Below are positions 30,232 to 41,800 of a stretch of 64,000 bases of DNA, piece after piece (within the stretch, counting starts at the first letter, position 1; each line of letters starts with the position of its first letter). Made by a program: the position numbers and the translations under genes. The stretch comes from Candidatus Spongiisociaceae bacterium. Lineage in GTDB: Bacteria > Actinomycetota > Acidimicrobiia > Spongiisociales > Spongiisociaceae. The DNA lies in NCBI GenBank assembly GCA_965202665.1, contig OZ241841.1, positions 448,001 through 512,000 of the forward strand, read 5' to 3'. Below the pieces are notes generated by a model. The model worked only from the letters and a program-made list of their open reading frames with translations, was not told the origin of the DNA and ran no database searches.

Positions 30232-30367
30232 CCCCCCAGACTAGACCCCCGGCGCCCCAAAAACGCAAACCGCCGGGCGGACGGCGAACGCCGTCAAGAA
30301 AGATTGCGCATCCGAAGCCCGGAAAAACTGTTATCAAAGCGTCCGGCCGGCGAGCCGGGGCGACGCG

Positions 30368-30586
30368 TCAGCCGCGTTCCCACTCGTCCCGGCTGGGTGC
30401 GGCGGCGTCGGGGTTCACGCCGAAGGCGGCGGCCAGCGCGGGCCCCGGATCCGGATATTCGTCATCGCAGTACGCGTCCAATGCGCGGCTGACTATCTCG
30501 GTCATCGTCACCCCCTCCGCCTCCGCCAACCTGCCCAGCCTGCGAATTTGCTCATCCGACAGGCAAACCTGCGTGCCAGCGTCCAT
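30368..30586 (-). CDS. CopG/ribbon-helix-helix protein, antitoxin-like, with no adjacent toxin
   Basis: TQVCLSDEQIRRLGRLAEAEGVTMTEIVSRALDAY fits the RHH pattern. Confidence 0.6.
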   Translation of the reverse strand: MDAGTQVCLSDEQIRRLGRLAEAEGVTMTEIVSRALDAYCDDEYPDPGPALAAAFGVNPDAAAPSRDEWERG

Positions 30587-30670
30587 ACAGCCAGATTATA
30601 AGCGCATAGGGTAATTTGGGATGCCGGGAACCGCCAGAGTACGCCCTTCCGCCGATGGAGGTTTGGAGAA

Positions 30671-31462
30671 GTGAAAACGTTTGAAGTAATGGAGGTGATG
30701 AGTTTCGCCAAAACGGGCGTTGACCGGCTCAACGAAGACAGCTACGCCATCACCGACTATGCGGCGGCGGTTTTCGACGGGGCTACCGACAAGAAAGGGT
30801 CGGCGCCTCCCACGCCCGGTCGCCGCGCCGCGCAGGCCCTCGCCGAGGCGGTCTCTGAAATCGGCAAAGACTGCGAGCCGGAAGTGTTGGTCAAAAACCT
30901 GCATGCCGCGGTGGCTCCGCTGGCGAACGGCGACTGCGAGCCGACGGCGGCGGGCGCCCTGCTTCACGTCCCCGCCCGCAAAGTCATTCGGGTGGGCGAT
31001 GTTTCAGTAGCCGTCAACCGGGTGTTTGACATCCCGCGTAAACGGGTCGACGAAACAGCCGCCGAGGCCCGGGCCGCCCTGCTCAGGGCCCGTCTGTCCG
31101 CCGGAGCATCGGTGGAGCATCTGTTGGAAACGGACCCGGGCCGGGAAATGATCCTGCCGCTGTTGCGGGAATCGGGCCAGTGGCGGAACCGGGAAGACGA
31201 TGTTTACGGCTTCGCCGCCATCGACGGAGACGGGACGCCCACTTCCATGATCGAGGTGTTCGACATCCCGCCGGACAGCGAAGTGATTTTGGCCACCGAC
31301 GGATATCCTTCCCCGCAACCCACGTTGGCGGACAGCGAGCGGATTCTGGCCGCCTCCCTGCGGCGCGATCCGCTCCGACTGGGTCCTCCCGCCGCCACCA
31401 AAGGCGTGAAACCGGGACATGTCAGTTTCGACGACCGCACCTTCCTGCGCGTTGGGCTGTAA
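30671..31462 (+). CDS. PP2C-like phosphatase-fold protein
   Basis: NEDS, AVFDGAT, VGD, ILATDGY and DDRT acidic metal-binding motifs. Confidence 0.65.
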   Translation: MKTFEVMEVMSFAKTGVDRLNEDSYAITDYAAAVFDGATDKKGSAPPTPGRRAAQALAEAVSEIGKDCEPEVLVKNLHAAVAPLANGDCEPTAAGALLHVPARKVIRVGDVSVAVNRVFDIPRKRVDETAAEARAALLRARLSAGASVEHLLETDPGREMILPLLRESGQWRNREDDVYGFAAIDGDGTPTSMIEVFDIPPDSEVILATDGYPSPQPTLADSERILAASLRRDPLRLGPPAATKGVKPGHVSFDDRTFLRVGL

Positions 31463-31519
31463 CTCCTCTTAGGTCGCCAAGAAAGCCGCCGGTTGGCGCG
31501 CGGAGCAACCGGGGGTGGG

Positions 31520-34500
31520 TTATGAGCTGGCGCCGGCGTCGTCGTTGGTGGGGGCTTGGTTTATTACTCTTACGAAGAAAGATGCCATCTGGGCGCGGGT
31601 TACCGGGTTGTTGGGGCAGTACCTGAGGGGGGGCGTGGTGGTGCATCCTCTGGTTACTTCGCTTTCGGCTATGCCTTCGATAGCCCGCACCACGGCCGCG
31701 TCCAGGTTGGCGGTGTCGGCGAACAGGTTTTGCGATTCGGTTACGGCTTGGATGTGGGGGAAAGCGGCGACCATCATCACGGCCATGTCGGCTCGGGTTA
31801 CTATGCCCCGGGGGTTGAAGTTCCCATCGTCTAGTTGGAAGGCCCCGATGCTTACCAGCCAGTCGGCGTAGGGGCGGTAGCTGGCGTCGGCGGGGACGTC
31901 GGCGATTTCTATGCCGGTGGGAATTTGGATGGGCCAGCGGGGGTTGACGGCCCGGTAGATGAAAGTGGCCATTTGCCTGCGGGTGATTTGGGCGCTGGGG
32001 CAGTATTTGGTGGGATCGTTGGCGTCGCATCCGACGGTTATTCCCCATTCGGCCATCAACTCGATGTTTGGTTCGTGGACGCTGCCGTCGTCGTCGCAGA
32101 ACCGACCCTGGCAGGCCACCGGCGCGGGGGGCGCCACCGGAGCGACGGGTGCGGCGGGACCGGCCGGGGGCGGGGCCCCTCCTCCGGCGGGGGGCGGGGC
32201 TCCTCCGCCTCCGCCTCCTCCACCACCTCCACCGGCGGCGGGGGGCGGCGCGGCCGGAGGCGGCGCGCTTCCACCCCCACCTCCTCCTCCTCCACCTCCT
32301 CCTCCACCACCTCCTCCTCCACCACCTCCGGTGGGTGCGCTTGGTGTGCTGGTTGGCGGCGGCGGTGGGGGTGTGTATGTGTTGGCGGGAATGGTGAGGG
32401 CGGCGGGGGTGATGGTAAATCCGTCGGCGGCGCCGGTTATGTTGATTCGTTCGGTTGGTTCTCTGGGTATTTGGTCGGTTTTGATGTTGATGGTGAAGGT
32501 TCCGGAGCCGGATGATGCCGCGGGGCGGATATTTATGGTGGTGAGCTGGCTGGTGATTTGGTAGTCGTCGTTGGGGGTGGCGGTGCTGTCGGGGCCGGGG
32601 ATGGTTATAGCCACGGAAGTGGCTTCAAACCGGGTGGTGGAGCCGTCCAGCCGGGCGGTGACGGTAACCCGACGGTTGGTTTCTCCTTCAGATAGGCTGG
32701 CGGAGGGGCCGACAGTGAGGGTGATGCCGGTGGGTGGATCGTCGTTGTCTTTGATAGTAAATGCCACGGGTTCGATAGCGATCCCAGCGGAGGTTCCGGT
32801 TATTTGTATGGTTTCATCCGGTTCGTCGATGCTGTCATCGGTGATGGGCAGGCTGAGGGTTCGGGTGGCGCTGTTTTGATTAGCGGAGATGGTCAGCGGG
32901 GTGAGGGCGGGGGCGGTGTAGTCGTCTCCGGCGACGGCGGTTCCACCGAAGGCCAAGGTTACGGTGTGGGCGTTGGGAAGCGTTTCCGTGCCCGGGTAGG
33001 CGGCTTGCAGGGTTACGGACGTGCCGGTGTCCCCTTCGGTCGCTTCAGTTGTTGGGGTGAGGGTTAGCGTGACGGTCAGGTCGTCGTCGATGATGGTGAG
33101 GGTGTCTTGCGCGATAGTGAAACCGGCGAGCGTCCCACCGGCAACGGTTAGCGTTTCCGGCCCCTCGAAGGCGTCGTCGTTATATGTTCCGTCGGTTTTG
33201 AGCAGGAAAGTTGCGGTTCCGCTGGTTTCGTAGCCGGAAATTCGCACGTTGAAGGCATCCACCGTTTCATAGTCGGTTCCCTCAGTTGCTTCCCCAGTAG
33301 CCGTTTTGCCGACCACGATGGGTACGAAGGTAGCGGCGGAGCGGGTGGCGGTACCCTGGAAAGTGGCTACCACCCGCACCCGAATCTCTTGGTTTTCGTG
33401 GGCTTGGGTGAGGTGTTCCCCGCTGCTGTCGGCTCGGGTGCTGTGCAGGGAGAGGGTGACAGCGGTAGGAGGAGCGTCGTTATCGTTCAAAGCCAAAGCG
33501 ACGGCTACCGTGTGATAATCCACGTTGTTGATGGTTACTTGACTGCCGTTGATGACTATCCGTCTCGCCGGTTCATCGACGTTGTCGTCGTTCACCGTGA
33601 CTTGGATGTCGACGTAGCCGGTTTTAGTACCGGCGGGGATGGTGATGCCGGTGTCGTATCCGGAGGGAGTTGAGGCTGGTCGGGAGGGCCAAACTATCCG
33701 GTAGTCTTCCCGGTTCGTCCAAACGTTGTTGGAGTCCGCGGTGGCGGTACTGTCCTCGTCTATCTCCAAACCCACTACCACACCCCCGGTAGGGGCGTTC
33801 ACCGGCAGGGTAGCGGTAACCCGCACAGTGGTTGTTCCGCTGTTTTCCCCCAATGCGGACAGGGCGTTGTTGTTGGAGGGGTTGGTTAGGGCGAGGGTGA
33901 TGCCGCTGTCCGCAATGTTGATAGTCGTAGAATCGGAGGCGGCCGTTCCGGCGACGGTGGCCGAACCGCTGATTTTCACCGTTTCCGCAGTAGTTTCCGC
34001 GTCAGTATCAACCCGGGCGGTCAGCTGAAACGACCCCGTATGATGATGCTGCCCAGCGGGAATGCGGATAGTGAACGAGTTGCCCGTCTGGTCAGTGCAC
34101 ACATCTTCAGTCATCGACTGAGAACACGCTGTCGCCACCGTAGCCCCGTTGGTGTCCCCGGCCGCTATTGTTACCGTCACGTCAGTGTTGGTCGCCAGCG
34201 CGGAGGAGGTCGCTCCGGCGAACCCGGCGGTTACCGTTACGTTGTGGGCGCTGGCGCTTTCCGTCACCCTCCCCGGCGAGGCGGTTACCTCCAAAGCGGT
34301 GTCGCTGGCCCCGATAGTCAACGTGTCCGGGGTAATCCCCACGCCGCTGTTCACCGACGTCCCGGCGATCCTGAACGTTTCCGCCAGCTCGGTTATCGCA
34401 TCGTCTGTTATCGCTAATCCGGTTAGGTTGGTCCAGGCGCTTTGCGTTTGCCCGGCGGGGATGGACACCGTAACCGGGGTAGCGGGAGGAGTGAAATCGA

Positions 34501-37500
34501 TTCCCCCCGCCTCCGCCGACGCCGGCGACAAAGCCTCCGCAGTCACCCGCACCTGCAAAGCAGATCCTATATCGTTGCTGGTGGCGGTGGTGAACGCGGC
34601 CCGTACCCGCACCGCAACCGTTGAGCCCTCCGACAAAGTTTTCTGATTCCCGCTTTCCACACCGTCAGTATCCGCCGTCAGGGTCACTTCTAGATCATCG
34701 TCTGTGATAACCAGCGTCGTTCCACTAACCGCAAACCCCCCGGCGGTACCGTCGATGTCAATACTCTCCGCGTCCTCCGCGATGGCGTCCCCCGTAATCA
34801 GCAAACCAGACAGAGCAACCGCCGAACTACTAGTAGAACCAGCCGGGATGGTCACCGTCACCGCCGTACCCGGGGCGGTGAAATCCGTCGCTTCCGCGTT
34901 CTCTCCCGCCCCGAACGATAAGGTTACGTCGGTGGCTTGAGTGAGCGAGGAGCTGGACGCCCCGGCGAATGAGGCGGTAACGGTTACGGCTCCGGCGTTG
35001 GCGTCTCTTTCATCCACCGTGGACTGACTGAGGGCCAAAGTGATCGTTTCCAAAATCGGCAAATCAGCTACCGCGGGCAGATACCCGCCGGTAGCGGAAG
35101 CGGTGAAACGAATAGTCTCCGCCCCCTCCACCGTCCCATCATCCCGGGGAGTGAGCACAACATCCGCCGTCCCACTGGTTTGGCCGCTAGCGATGGTGAT
35201 AGTCGCAGTGCTACTCCCGCGGGTGTAATCCCCGGTCGCTCCCAAAGCGGCGGTTCCGCCCGCGGCCCCTACGTTTACCATCACCGTGGCGGACGATGAA
35301 GCGGCTGCGCCGAGGGTGGCTTTCACCCGCACCGTCTGCGCTCCCCCATCCTCGGTAATCCCCGACAAGGCCGGAGCGGCGCTTGTCGCTTGATGGAAGG
35401 ACAAAGTAACCGCCCGACCCGGATCGAAAACGCCCATCTGAGCGGACGCCACCTGACCTATAGAAGTAGAACCAGTCAGTTTCAAATACTCGATACCCTC
35501 AGTATCATCCCCATCGACGCGGGCCCGCAGCTGAAAAGAACCCGAACCGCTAACATCCCCGGCGGGGATACTGACCGTGAACTGATTGCCCGTCTGGTTA
35601 GTGCACACATCCGCTGTCATCGTCATCGTAGAACATACCGCGGTATGCACCGTCGCGCCGCTGGTGTCCCCCGACCCAACCGTTACCGTCACCGGAGTCG
35701 CCGCCGACAACACCGACGTAGCCCCCTGAAAACGGGCTGTCACCATTATCTGATGATCCGCCGTCCGCTCCACCACCTCCGCCGGAGACGCCGACAAAGA
35801 CACATCCACATCATCATCAACAATAGTCACCGTCTCCGCAACCACCGTCCCGCCTGTCGCGGTACCGGTGATGAGAAACGTCTCCGCTCCCTCCGCTATA
35901 GTATCATCCGCCACCGACAACCCGGTCAGATTCACCCAACCGCTCTGCAAGGCGGTTCCGACGGGCATAGTCACCGTCGCCGCCGCGCCCGGGGCGGTGA
36001 AATCAACACCCCCACCGGTCGCCGACACCGGAGAACCCTCCCCCGCAGTTACCTGAACCGTATACGCGGCGGTCAAGTCGTTGGTAGTAGCTGATGTGAA
36101 CCGGGCCCGCACCCGCACCGCCGCCTCCTCACCCTCCGGCAAAGTCTGCTGCACCCCAGAAGCGCTGTCCGTGTCCGCCGTTAAAGTAACCCCCAGATCA
36201 TCGTCGGTTATCGCCAGCTCCGTTCCGCTCACCACAAACCCATCCGCCGTCCCCCCAACATCGATCTTCTCCTCCCCCTCCGCAATCGAATCAGACGTAA
36301 TCAGCAAACCAGTCAAAGCAGTAGCGGAACTGGAGGTGGAAGAAGCCGGGATGCTCACCGTGATCGCCGTACCGGGAGCGGTGAAATCCGCCGCCTCCCC
36401 GTTCTCGCCCGCCCCGAACGACAACGTAACAACCGTCGCCCCCGTCAACGTCGAAGTAGACGCCCCCGCGAACGCCGCCGTCACCGACGCCGCCCCCGCG
36501 TTCGTTGCGCCCTCGCCTACCGATGACTGGCTGAGCGTCAACGTAATCTCTTCCATAATTTTCAAATCAACCGGAACAACCCTGAACCCAGTGGCGGAAC
36601 CGGTGAACTGAACCGTTTCCTCCCCCTCCGCCACCGTATCCGACAAAGGAGTGATCGTCACATCCGCCGTCCCGGAAGTCTCACCCGACGCAATCGTCAC
36701 ATCCACCGTCGCCGCCCCCCGGTCGTAGTCGCCGCTCGAACACGACCGGGACTGGCCGCTCCCCGTGCACGTCCCCAACGTCGCCGTACCCCCCGCCGCC
36801 CCCACATTCACGCTAATCGTCGTATCCGAACTCACCATCGCTCCCGCCGTAGCTTTCACCCGCACCGTCTCCGCCCCCCCACCCTCCGCTATCCCCCCCA
36901 AAGCCGCCTCCCCCGCCGTCGCCTCATGCAACGACAAATCCACCCGCGTCCCCACATCCACAATCGGCAAATCCACCGACTCCACCGCCACCGCCGCCCC
37001 GCCCACCGACGCCGACCCCGACAGCGTCAGATTCTCCCCCGACTCGCTCGTACTATCATCAGGAACCGTCACCATAAACGTGCCGCTCCCCGACGTCCCA
37101 CCCGCCGGAATAGACACCGTCATCTGATTATTAGTCAAACTCGTACAAGCATCCTGCCCGCTAGTTGTCGGACACGACGACCCCAACGAAGCCCCACCCG
37201 ACCCCGCCACCGACACCGTCACAGTTGTAGCAGTCGTCAGAATCGACGACGAACCCTTAAACCGGGCGGTCACCGTAACCTGCTGCGCCGTCGCCTGCTC
37301 ATCCACCGACAATGGAGACACCTCCAACTCAATATCAGCGTCATTATCATAAATCGTCAACGTGTCCGCCGTAGCGGATCCCAGCACCGACGACCCACCC
37401 ACCAAAAAGGTTTCCGGCCCCTCCACAATCGCATCATCGGTGATCGTCAACCCCGCCAACGTAGCCGAACCCGAAGCAGTAATACTCCGAGCCGGGAAAG

Positions 37501-38695
37501 AAATCGTATTCGCCGTGGACGGAGCATACGAAAAATCAGCCGTCGTCGCCTTCCCCGCCCCCGCCGGAGTCTCCGCCGCCGTCGACAGCGTCACTGCCGT
37601 CGCCGAAGACAACGCCGAAGACGTCGCGTTCCAAAAACTAGCCGACACCGACACCCCCGAACCGGAATCCCCCTCAGATATAATGTCTTGATTCCCCATA
37701 GCCTCACTATCGGTATCCACCGTCAAATCCACACGACTATTAGCATCCTTAACAGTTATCGGTGTCTTATACTGGGTCCAATCCGGAACGTCCACCCTAA
37801 GATAAAATATCTCGTCCGGCTCCACCTTCCCATCAGTTACCGTTGTTAAAGAAAGTCTAATAGGTGTGAAAGTTCCGGAAAGAGAGTTGGCGTTTATCGT
37901 TACAGACAAAGGATCATTCCAATGATCATGCTGATGATAGATATCGTGGGCACCACTTGTATCCGAGGTGCTTACCGTAGCTGTCCCGCTGTCAATTCTT
38001 ATTTGCTTATCCGAAATATTTTGGCTGTACGTCGAAGAAGTAGAAGCAGTGAACACACCGTTAGTCACCCCACCCACGATAGCCTTCGGCGTAGTAAAAT
38101 TGCCTTTACCATAGTTAATAAAACCCGAAGATTCACCTTCTTTTAGCTCCGACAATACTAAATAATTCGATGGTACAACTACCTTAACCGCCCGGTCCTG
38201 ATCGGTAATCGTCAAAGTAGCCGGAGCCACCCTATACCCAGAAGGGCCGGTGCCGGAGAAAATGATGGTCTCATGCTCTTCCGTAATCCTATCCGACCGC
38301 AAATCCATCGTAAAACTATTAGACGTAACACTCCTTTGATTCCTATGAATAGTTACATTCCAAGGCTCACGAGTACAGTAATCACCAGAATTGCAAACAT
38401 ATCTCGGAGGACGACCCGGATCAAACCTATTCACATTTATAGTCGCTCCTTGAGTGGCTGTACCGGATAACCTACTGATGCTAATCCGCAAATCGGAGGA
38501 CGGCGCCGAGGCCACCGACGCCTTCAACCGCAACACCTTCGAACCGCTGTCCTCCCCCACCGAAGTCACCGCGTTGCCCGAAGCATCAACCACACTGAAC
38601 GTAATAGTCGTCTGCGCCCCCACCACCGCAGGCGCGGCCGGCAACAGTGACAGGACCAAACCCGCCGCCAACGCCAACAGCCCCAGCCGTCGCAT
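31520..38695 (-). CDS. Giant surface protein A: signal peptide, variable tip, Calx-beta-like repeats, Pro/Gly linker, SLH domains
   Basis: MRRLGLLALAAGL...VGAQ signal peptide after GGAGG; repeated ITDDxxxEGxETF motifs; C-terminal ITRRQMA, VTRADMA and VTRAQMASF SLH motifs. Confidence 0.88.
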   Translation of the reverse strand: MRRLGLLALAAGLVLSLLPAAPAVVGAQTTITFSVVDASGNAVTSVGEDSGSKVLRLKASVASAPSSDLRISISRLSGTATQGATINVNRFDPGRPPRYVCNSGDYCTREPWNVTIHRNQRSVTSNSFTMDLRSDRITEEHETIIFSGTGPSGYRVAPATLTITDQDRAVKVVVPSNYLVLSELKEGESSGFINYGKGNFTTPKAIVGGVTNGVFTASTSSTYSQNISDKQIRIDSGTATVSTSDTSGAHDIYHQHDHWNDPLSVTINANSLSGTFTPIRLSLTTVTDGKVEPDEIFYLRVDVPDWTQYKTPITVKDANSRVDLTVDTDSEAMGNQDIISEGDSGSGVSVSASFWNATSSALSSATAVTLSTAAETPAGAGKATTADFSYAPSTANTISFPARSITASGSATLAGLTITDDAIVEGPETFLVGGSSVLGSATADTLTIYDNDADIELEVSPLSVDEQATAQQVTVTARFKGSSSILTTATTVTVSVAGSGGASLGSSCPTTSGQDACTSLTNNQMTVSIPAGGTSGSGTFMVTVPDDSTSESGENLTLSGSASVGGAAVAVESVDLPIVDVGTRVDLSLHEATAGEAALGGIAEGGGAETVRVKATAGAMVSSDTTISVNVGAAGGTATLGTCTGSGQSRSCSSGDYDRGAATVDVTIASGETSGTADVTITPLSDTVAEGEETVQFTGSATGFRVVPVDLKIMEEITLTLSQSSVGEGATNAGAASVTAAFAGASTSTLTGATVVTLSFGAGENGEAADFTAPGTAITVSIPASSTSSSATALTGLLITSDSIAEGEEKIDVGGTADGFVVSGTELAITDDDLGVTLTADTDSASGVQQTLPEGEEAAVRVRARFTSATTNDLTAAYTVQVTAGEGSPVSATGGGVDFTAPGAAATVTMPVGTALQSGWVNLTGLSVADDTIAEGAETFLITGTATGGTVVAETVTIVDDDVDVSLSASPAEVVERTADHQIMVTARFQGATSVLSAATPVTVTVGSGDTSGATVHTAVCSTMTMTADVCTNQTGNQFTVSIPAGDVSGSGSFQLRARVDGDDTEGIEYLKLTGSTSIGQVASAQMGVFDPGRAVTLSFHQATSAAPALSGITEDGGAQTVRVKATLGAAASSSATVMVNVGAAGGTAALGATGDYTRGSSTATITIASGQTSGTADVVLTPRDDGTVEGAETIRFTASATGGYLPAVADLPILETITLALSQSTVDERDANAGAVTVTASFAGASSSSLTQATDVTLSFGAGENAEATDFTAPGTAVTVTIPAGSTSSSAVALSGLLITGDAIAEDAESIDIDGTAGGFAVSGTTLVITDDDLEVTLTADTDGVESGNQKTLSEGSTVAVRVRAAFTTATSNDIGSALQVRVTAEALSPASAEAGGIDFTPPATPVTVSIPAGQTQSAWTNLTGLAITDDAITELAETFRIAGTSVNSGVGITPDTLTIGASDTALEVTASPGRVTESASAHNVTVTAGFAGATSSALATNTDVTVTIAAGDTNGATVATACSQSMTEDVCTDQTGNSFTIRIPAGQHHHTGSFQLTARVDTDAETTAETVKISGSATVAGTAASDSTTINIADSGITLALTNPSNNNALSALGENSGTTTVRVTATLPVNAPTGGVVVGLEIDEDSTATADSNNVWTNREDYRIVWPSRPASTPSGYDTGITIPAGTKTGYVDIQVTVNDDNVDEPARRIVINGSQVTINNVDYHTVAVALALNDNDAPPTAVTLSLHSTRADSSGEHLTQAHENQEIRVRVVATFQGTATRSAATFVPIVVGKTATGEATEGTDYETVDAFNVRISGYETSGTATFLLKTDGTYNDDAFEGPETLTVAGGTLAGFTIAQDTLTIIDDDLTVTLTLTPTTEATEGDTGTSVTLQAAYPGTETLPNAHTVTLAFGGTAVAGDDYTAPALTPLTISANQNSATRTLSLPITDDSIDEPDETIQITGTSAGIAIEPVAFTIKDNDDPPTGITLTVGPSASLSEGETNRRVTVTARLDGSTTRFEATSVAITIPGPDSTATPNDDYQITSQLTTINIRPAASSGSGTFTINIKTDQIPREPTERINITGAADGFTITPAALTIPANTYTPPPPPPTSTPSAPTGGGGGGGGGGGGGGGGGGGGSAPPPAAPPPAAGGGGGGGGGGGAPPPAGGGAPPPAGPAAPVAPVAPPAPVACQGRFCDDDGSVHEPNIELMAEWGITVGCDANDPTKYCPSAQITRRQMATFIYRAVNPRWPIQIPTGIEIADVPADASYRPYADWLVSIGAFQLDDGNFNPRGIVTRADMAVMMVAAFPHIQAVTESQNLFADTANLDAAVVRAIEGIAESEVTRGCTTTPPLRYCPNNPVTRAQMASFFVRVINQAPTNDDAGASS

Positions 38696-38746
38696 CACCC
38701 AACCTCCATCTTTCGCTTCCACCCGTATCAGGGCCGATTACGAAAA

Positions 38747-38774
38747 ACGCTACCCCCCCCCCCCAATTTGTCAA
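38747..38774 (-). promoter_or_regulatory. Promoter of gene A with G12 spacer tract (16-bp spacer)
   Basis: TTGACA-AATT-G12-TAGCGT, about 50 bp upstream of ATG 38695. Confidence 0.8.
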
Positions 38775-38816
38775 ATCAAACCTCGATGAAGGCGTCTTCT
38801 ATGTTGCTTATGTTCC

Positions 38817-41800
38817 TCAGTTCCCGCCGGTGGCGGCGGGGGCGAGGTTGACGGCGCGGACGAAGAAAGAGGCCATCTGCGCTCTGGTTACCGGTTTGTT
38901 CGGGCAGTAGTTGAGGGGGGTGGTGGCGCAACCTCTGGTTACGCCTCTGCCGTACATTCCTTCAATAGCCCGGATGATGGCGGGGTCTAGTCCTGTTGCG
39001 TCTTGGAAGAGGTTTTGGGGTTCTTCCACGGATTGGAGGTGGGGAAAGGCGGCGATCATCATGATGGCCATATCGGCCCGGGTTACCACACCGCCGGGGT
39101 TGAAGTTTCCGTCGGTGAGCGCGAAGGCGTTTACGGAGACGCCCCATTCGGCGTAGGTGCGGTACCAAGCATCGGCTGGAACATCGCTGATTTCTATGTC
39201 CTCGGGGGGTTGGATGGTCCAGCGTTGGGAGACGGCGCGGTGGAGGAAGGCGGCCATTTGCCTGCGGGTGATTTGGGCTCCGGGGCAGTATTTGGTGGAG
39301 TCTTCGGTGTCGCAGCCGAGGGTGATTCTCCATCCGGCTATCCGTTCGATGTTGGCTTCATGGACGCTGCCGTCGTCATCGCAGAACCGGCCCTGGCAGA
39401 CCGGTTCGGGGGGAGGCGCAGGGGCCGGCGGGGGCGCGGCGGGCGGCGGGGTGCCGCCTCCTCCCCCTCCGCCTCCACCTCCCCCGCCGCCGCCTCCTCC
39501 TCCGCCGCCGCCTCCGCTACCCCCTCCGCCGCTGGGGCTGGGGGGCGGGGCGTCGTTGGCGGGGATGGCGAGGGTGAGGGTGGCGGGGCTGGGGGTTAAA
39601 CCGGCTGGGGCGGTGGCGGTGAGAACGATTCGTTCAGCTCGTTCTGGGGTGTTGTCGTTGATGATGGTTATGGTCAGGTTGGGGGCCTGGGTTTGCCCGG
39701 CGGGAATGACCGCGGTCAGGTTGCTTATCCGATAGTCGGAGTTACGGATGGCGTCTCCGCCGAGGCTGAAGGTAACGGCGGTGTCGGTGGAAAGCGGGTT
39801 CGATCCGGCGGGGAAGCGGGTAGCGATAGCGGCGGTGGCGCCGGTAGTTTCAGCCACGCTGGTTCGGGAGAGGCTGATTTGGACGCTGGTGGGCGGAGCG
39901 TCGTTGTCTTTGATGGTGAGCGTAGCCGGTTCGACGGTGAACCCGGCCAGCGTTCCGATTATCTGCAAGGTTTCGTCCCCTTCGGCGATGTTGTCGTCGG
40001 CCACGGCGGACAGGGTGATGGTTTGAGGGGTAGCGCTGTTTTGGTTAGCGGAGATGGTCATATCAGCAAGCGCGGAGGCGGTGAAGTCAGACGAAGAAGC
40101 GGTACCCCCGTAGGCCAGACTGACGGTCTGGGAAGCACCTAAAGTTTCCGTACCCGGATAGGCGGCCCGCAGGCTTAGAGTGATGTTGGCGTCCCCTTCG
40201 GTCACCTCGTCTGGCGTGACGGCAAGAATAACAGTCAGGTCATCGTCGAGGATGGACAGCGTGTCCTCCCCGATAGTGAAACCGGCGAGGGTCCCCCCGG
40301 CGACGGTCAACGTTTCCGGCCCCTCAAAAGCCGCATCATTGTATGTTCCATCAGTTCTAAGAACAAAACTGCTAACCCCGCTGGATTGGTAAGCGGGAAT
40401 GGCAACAGTAAAGTCGCCTACCGTTTCGTAATCCGTTCCCTCAGTGGCCTCCCCGGAAGGCTTTCCGACCACAATCGGCACGAAAGTAGCGGCGGAACGG
40501 GTGGCGGTTCCTTGAAAAGCGGCCCGTACCCGCACGGTGGTGCTTGTTCCGCCTTCGGGTACTTGGGTCAGCTCCGCTCCTACCTCGCCGCCGTCATCTT
40601 CATAAAGAGAGACATCGATGACGGTAGGAGGAGAATCGTTGTCGTTTAGGGTCAAACTGGCATCTACCGTCTGGTAGGTGTCGGCGCTGATAGTTACATC
40701 ACTGCCTTCGAAAAGAATGGTCTTCGCCGGTTCGGCAACGCTGTCGTCATTTACAACAATGGTGACATCAGCGAAACTGTTGGTGCTTCCTTGGGCGATG
40801 GTGATGCCGGTGGAGTATCCGCCGGGAGTTCCGGTCGGTTTGGAGGGCCAAGTCACACGGTAGTCCTCCCCATCCGCCCATACGTTGTTAGAGGCCGCAA
40901 CGGCGGTACTGCCCTCGGCTATTCTCAGGCCTACTACCACTCCACCCGAGGGGACGGTGACCCCGGTGGGCAGGGTAGCGGTCACCCGTATAGTGGAGGA
41001 TCCGCTGTTCTCATCCAACGCAGACACGGAACTCCCGGACTTAGCCAGAGTGAGGGTGATGGCGCTGTCTACTACGTTGATAGTGTCAGTATCTGACTCC
41101 GATTCTCCAGCGACGGTGGCGCTTCCGGTTATTTTCACCGTTTCAGTGGTGGCTTCCTGTGTTCCATCGTCCCGGGCGGTCAGCTTGAATGTTCCCGTAT
41201 GGCTGACTTCCCCGGCGGGGATGGTAATGGTAAACGAGTTGCCCGTCTGATCGGTGCAAACATCGTTCTGACCGATCGCGGAGCACGACGCCGCCATCGT
41301 CGCCCCGTTGGAATCCCCGGCCGCTACCGCCACCGTCACATCGGTGCCCGCCGCTAAAGCGGAGGAGGACGCTCCCGCGAACCCGGCGGTTACCGTAACA
41401 TCATGGGCGGCGCCGCTTTCATACACCGTTCCCGGCGACGCGGTGACTTCCAAAGCGGTGTCGCTAGCCCCGATAGTCAACGTGTCCGAAGTTACCGTCA
41501 CGCCGCTTCTCCCAACAACAGTACCGGTGATGGCAAACGTTTCCGCCGCCTCGGTCTCCGCGTCGTCTGCAACCGACAAGCCCGACAAGTTCACCCAAGG
41601 GCTTGCCAGACTGCTTTGCCCGGCGGGGATGGACACCGTGACCGGCGTAGCGGGAGCGGTGAAATCAACACCACCGCCCGCCGCTGACTGCGGCGACGAA
41701 ACCCCGGCGGTGACGCGCACCTGCAGAGCGGATCCTAAATCGTTGGAAGTAGCAGATGTGAACCTGGCCTGTACCCGCACCGCCGCCGTTGCCCCCTCCG

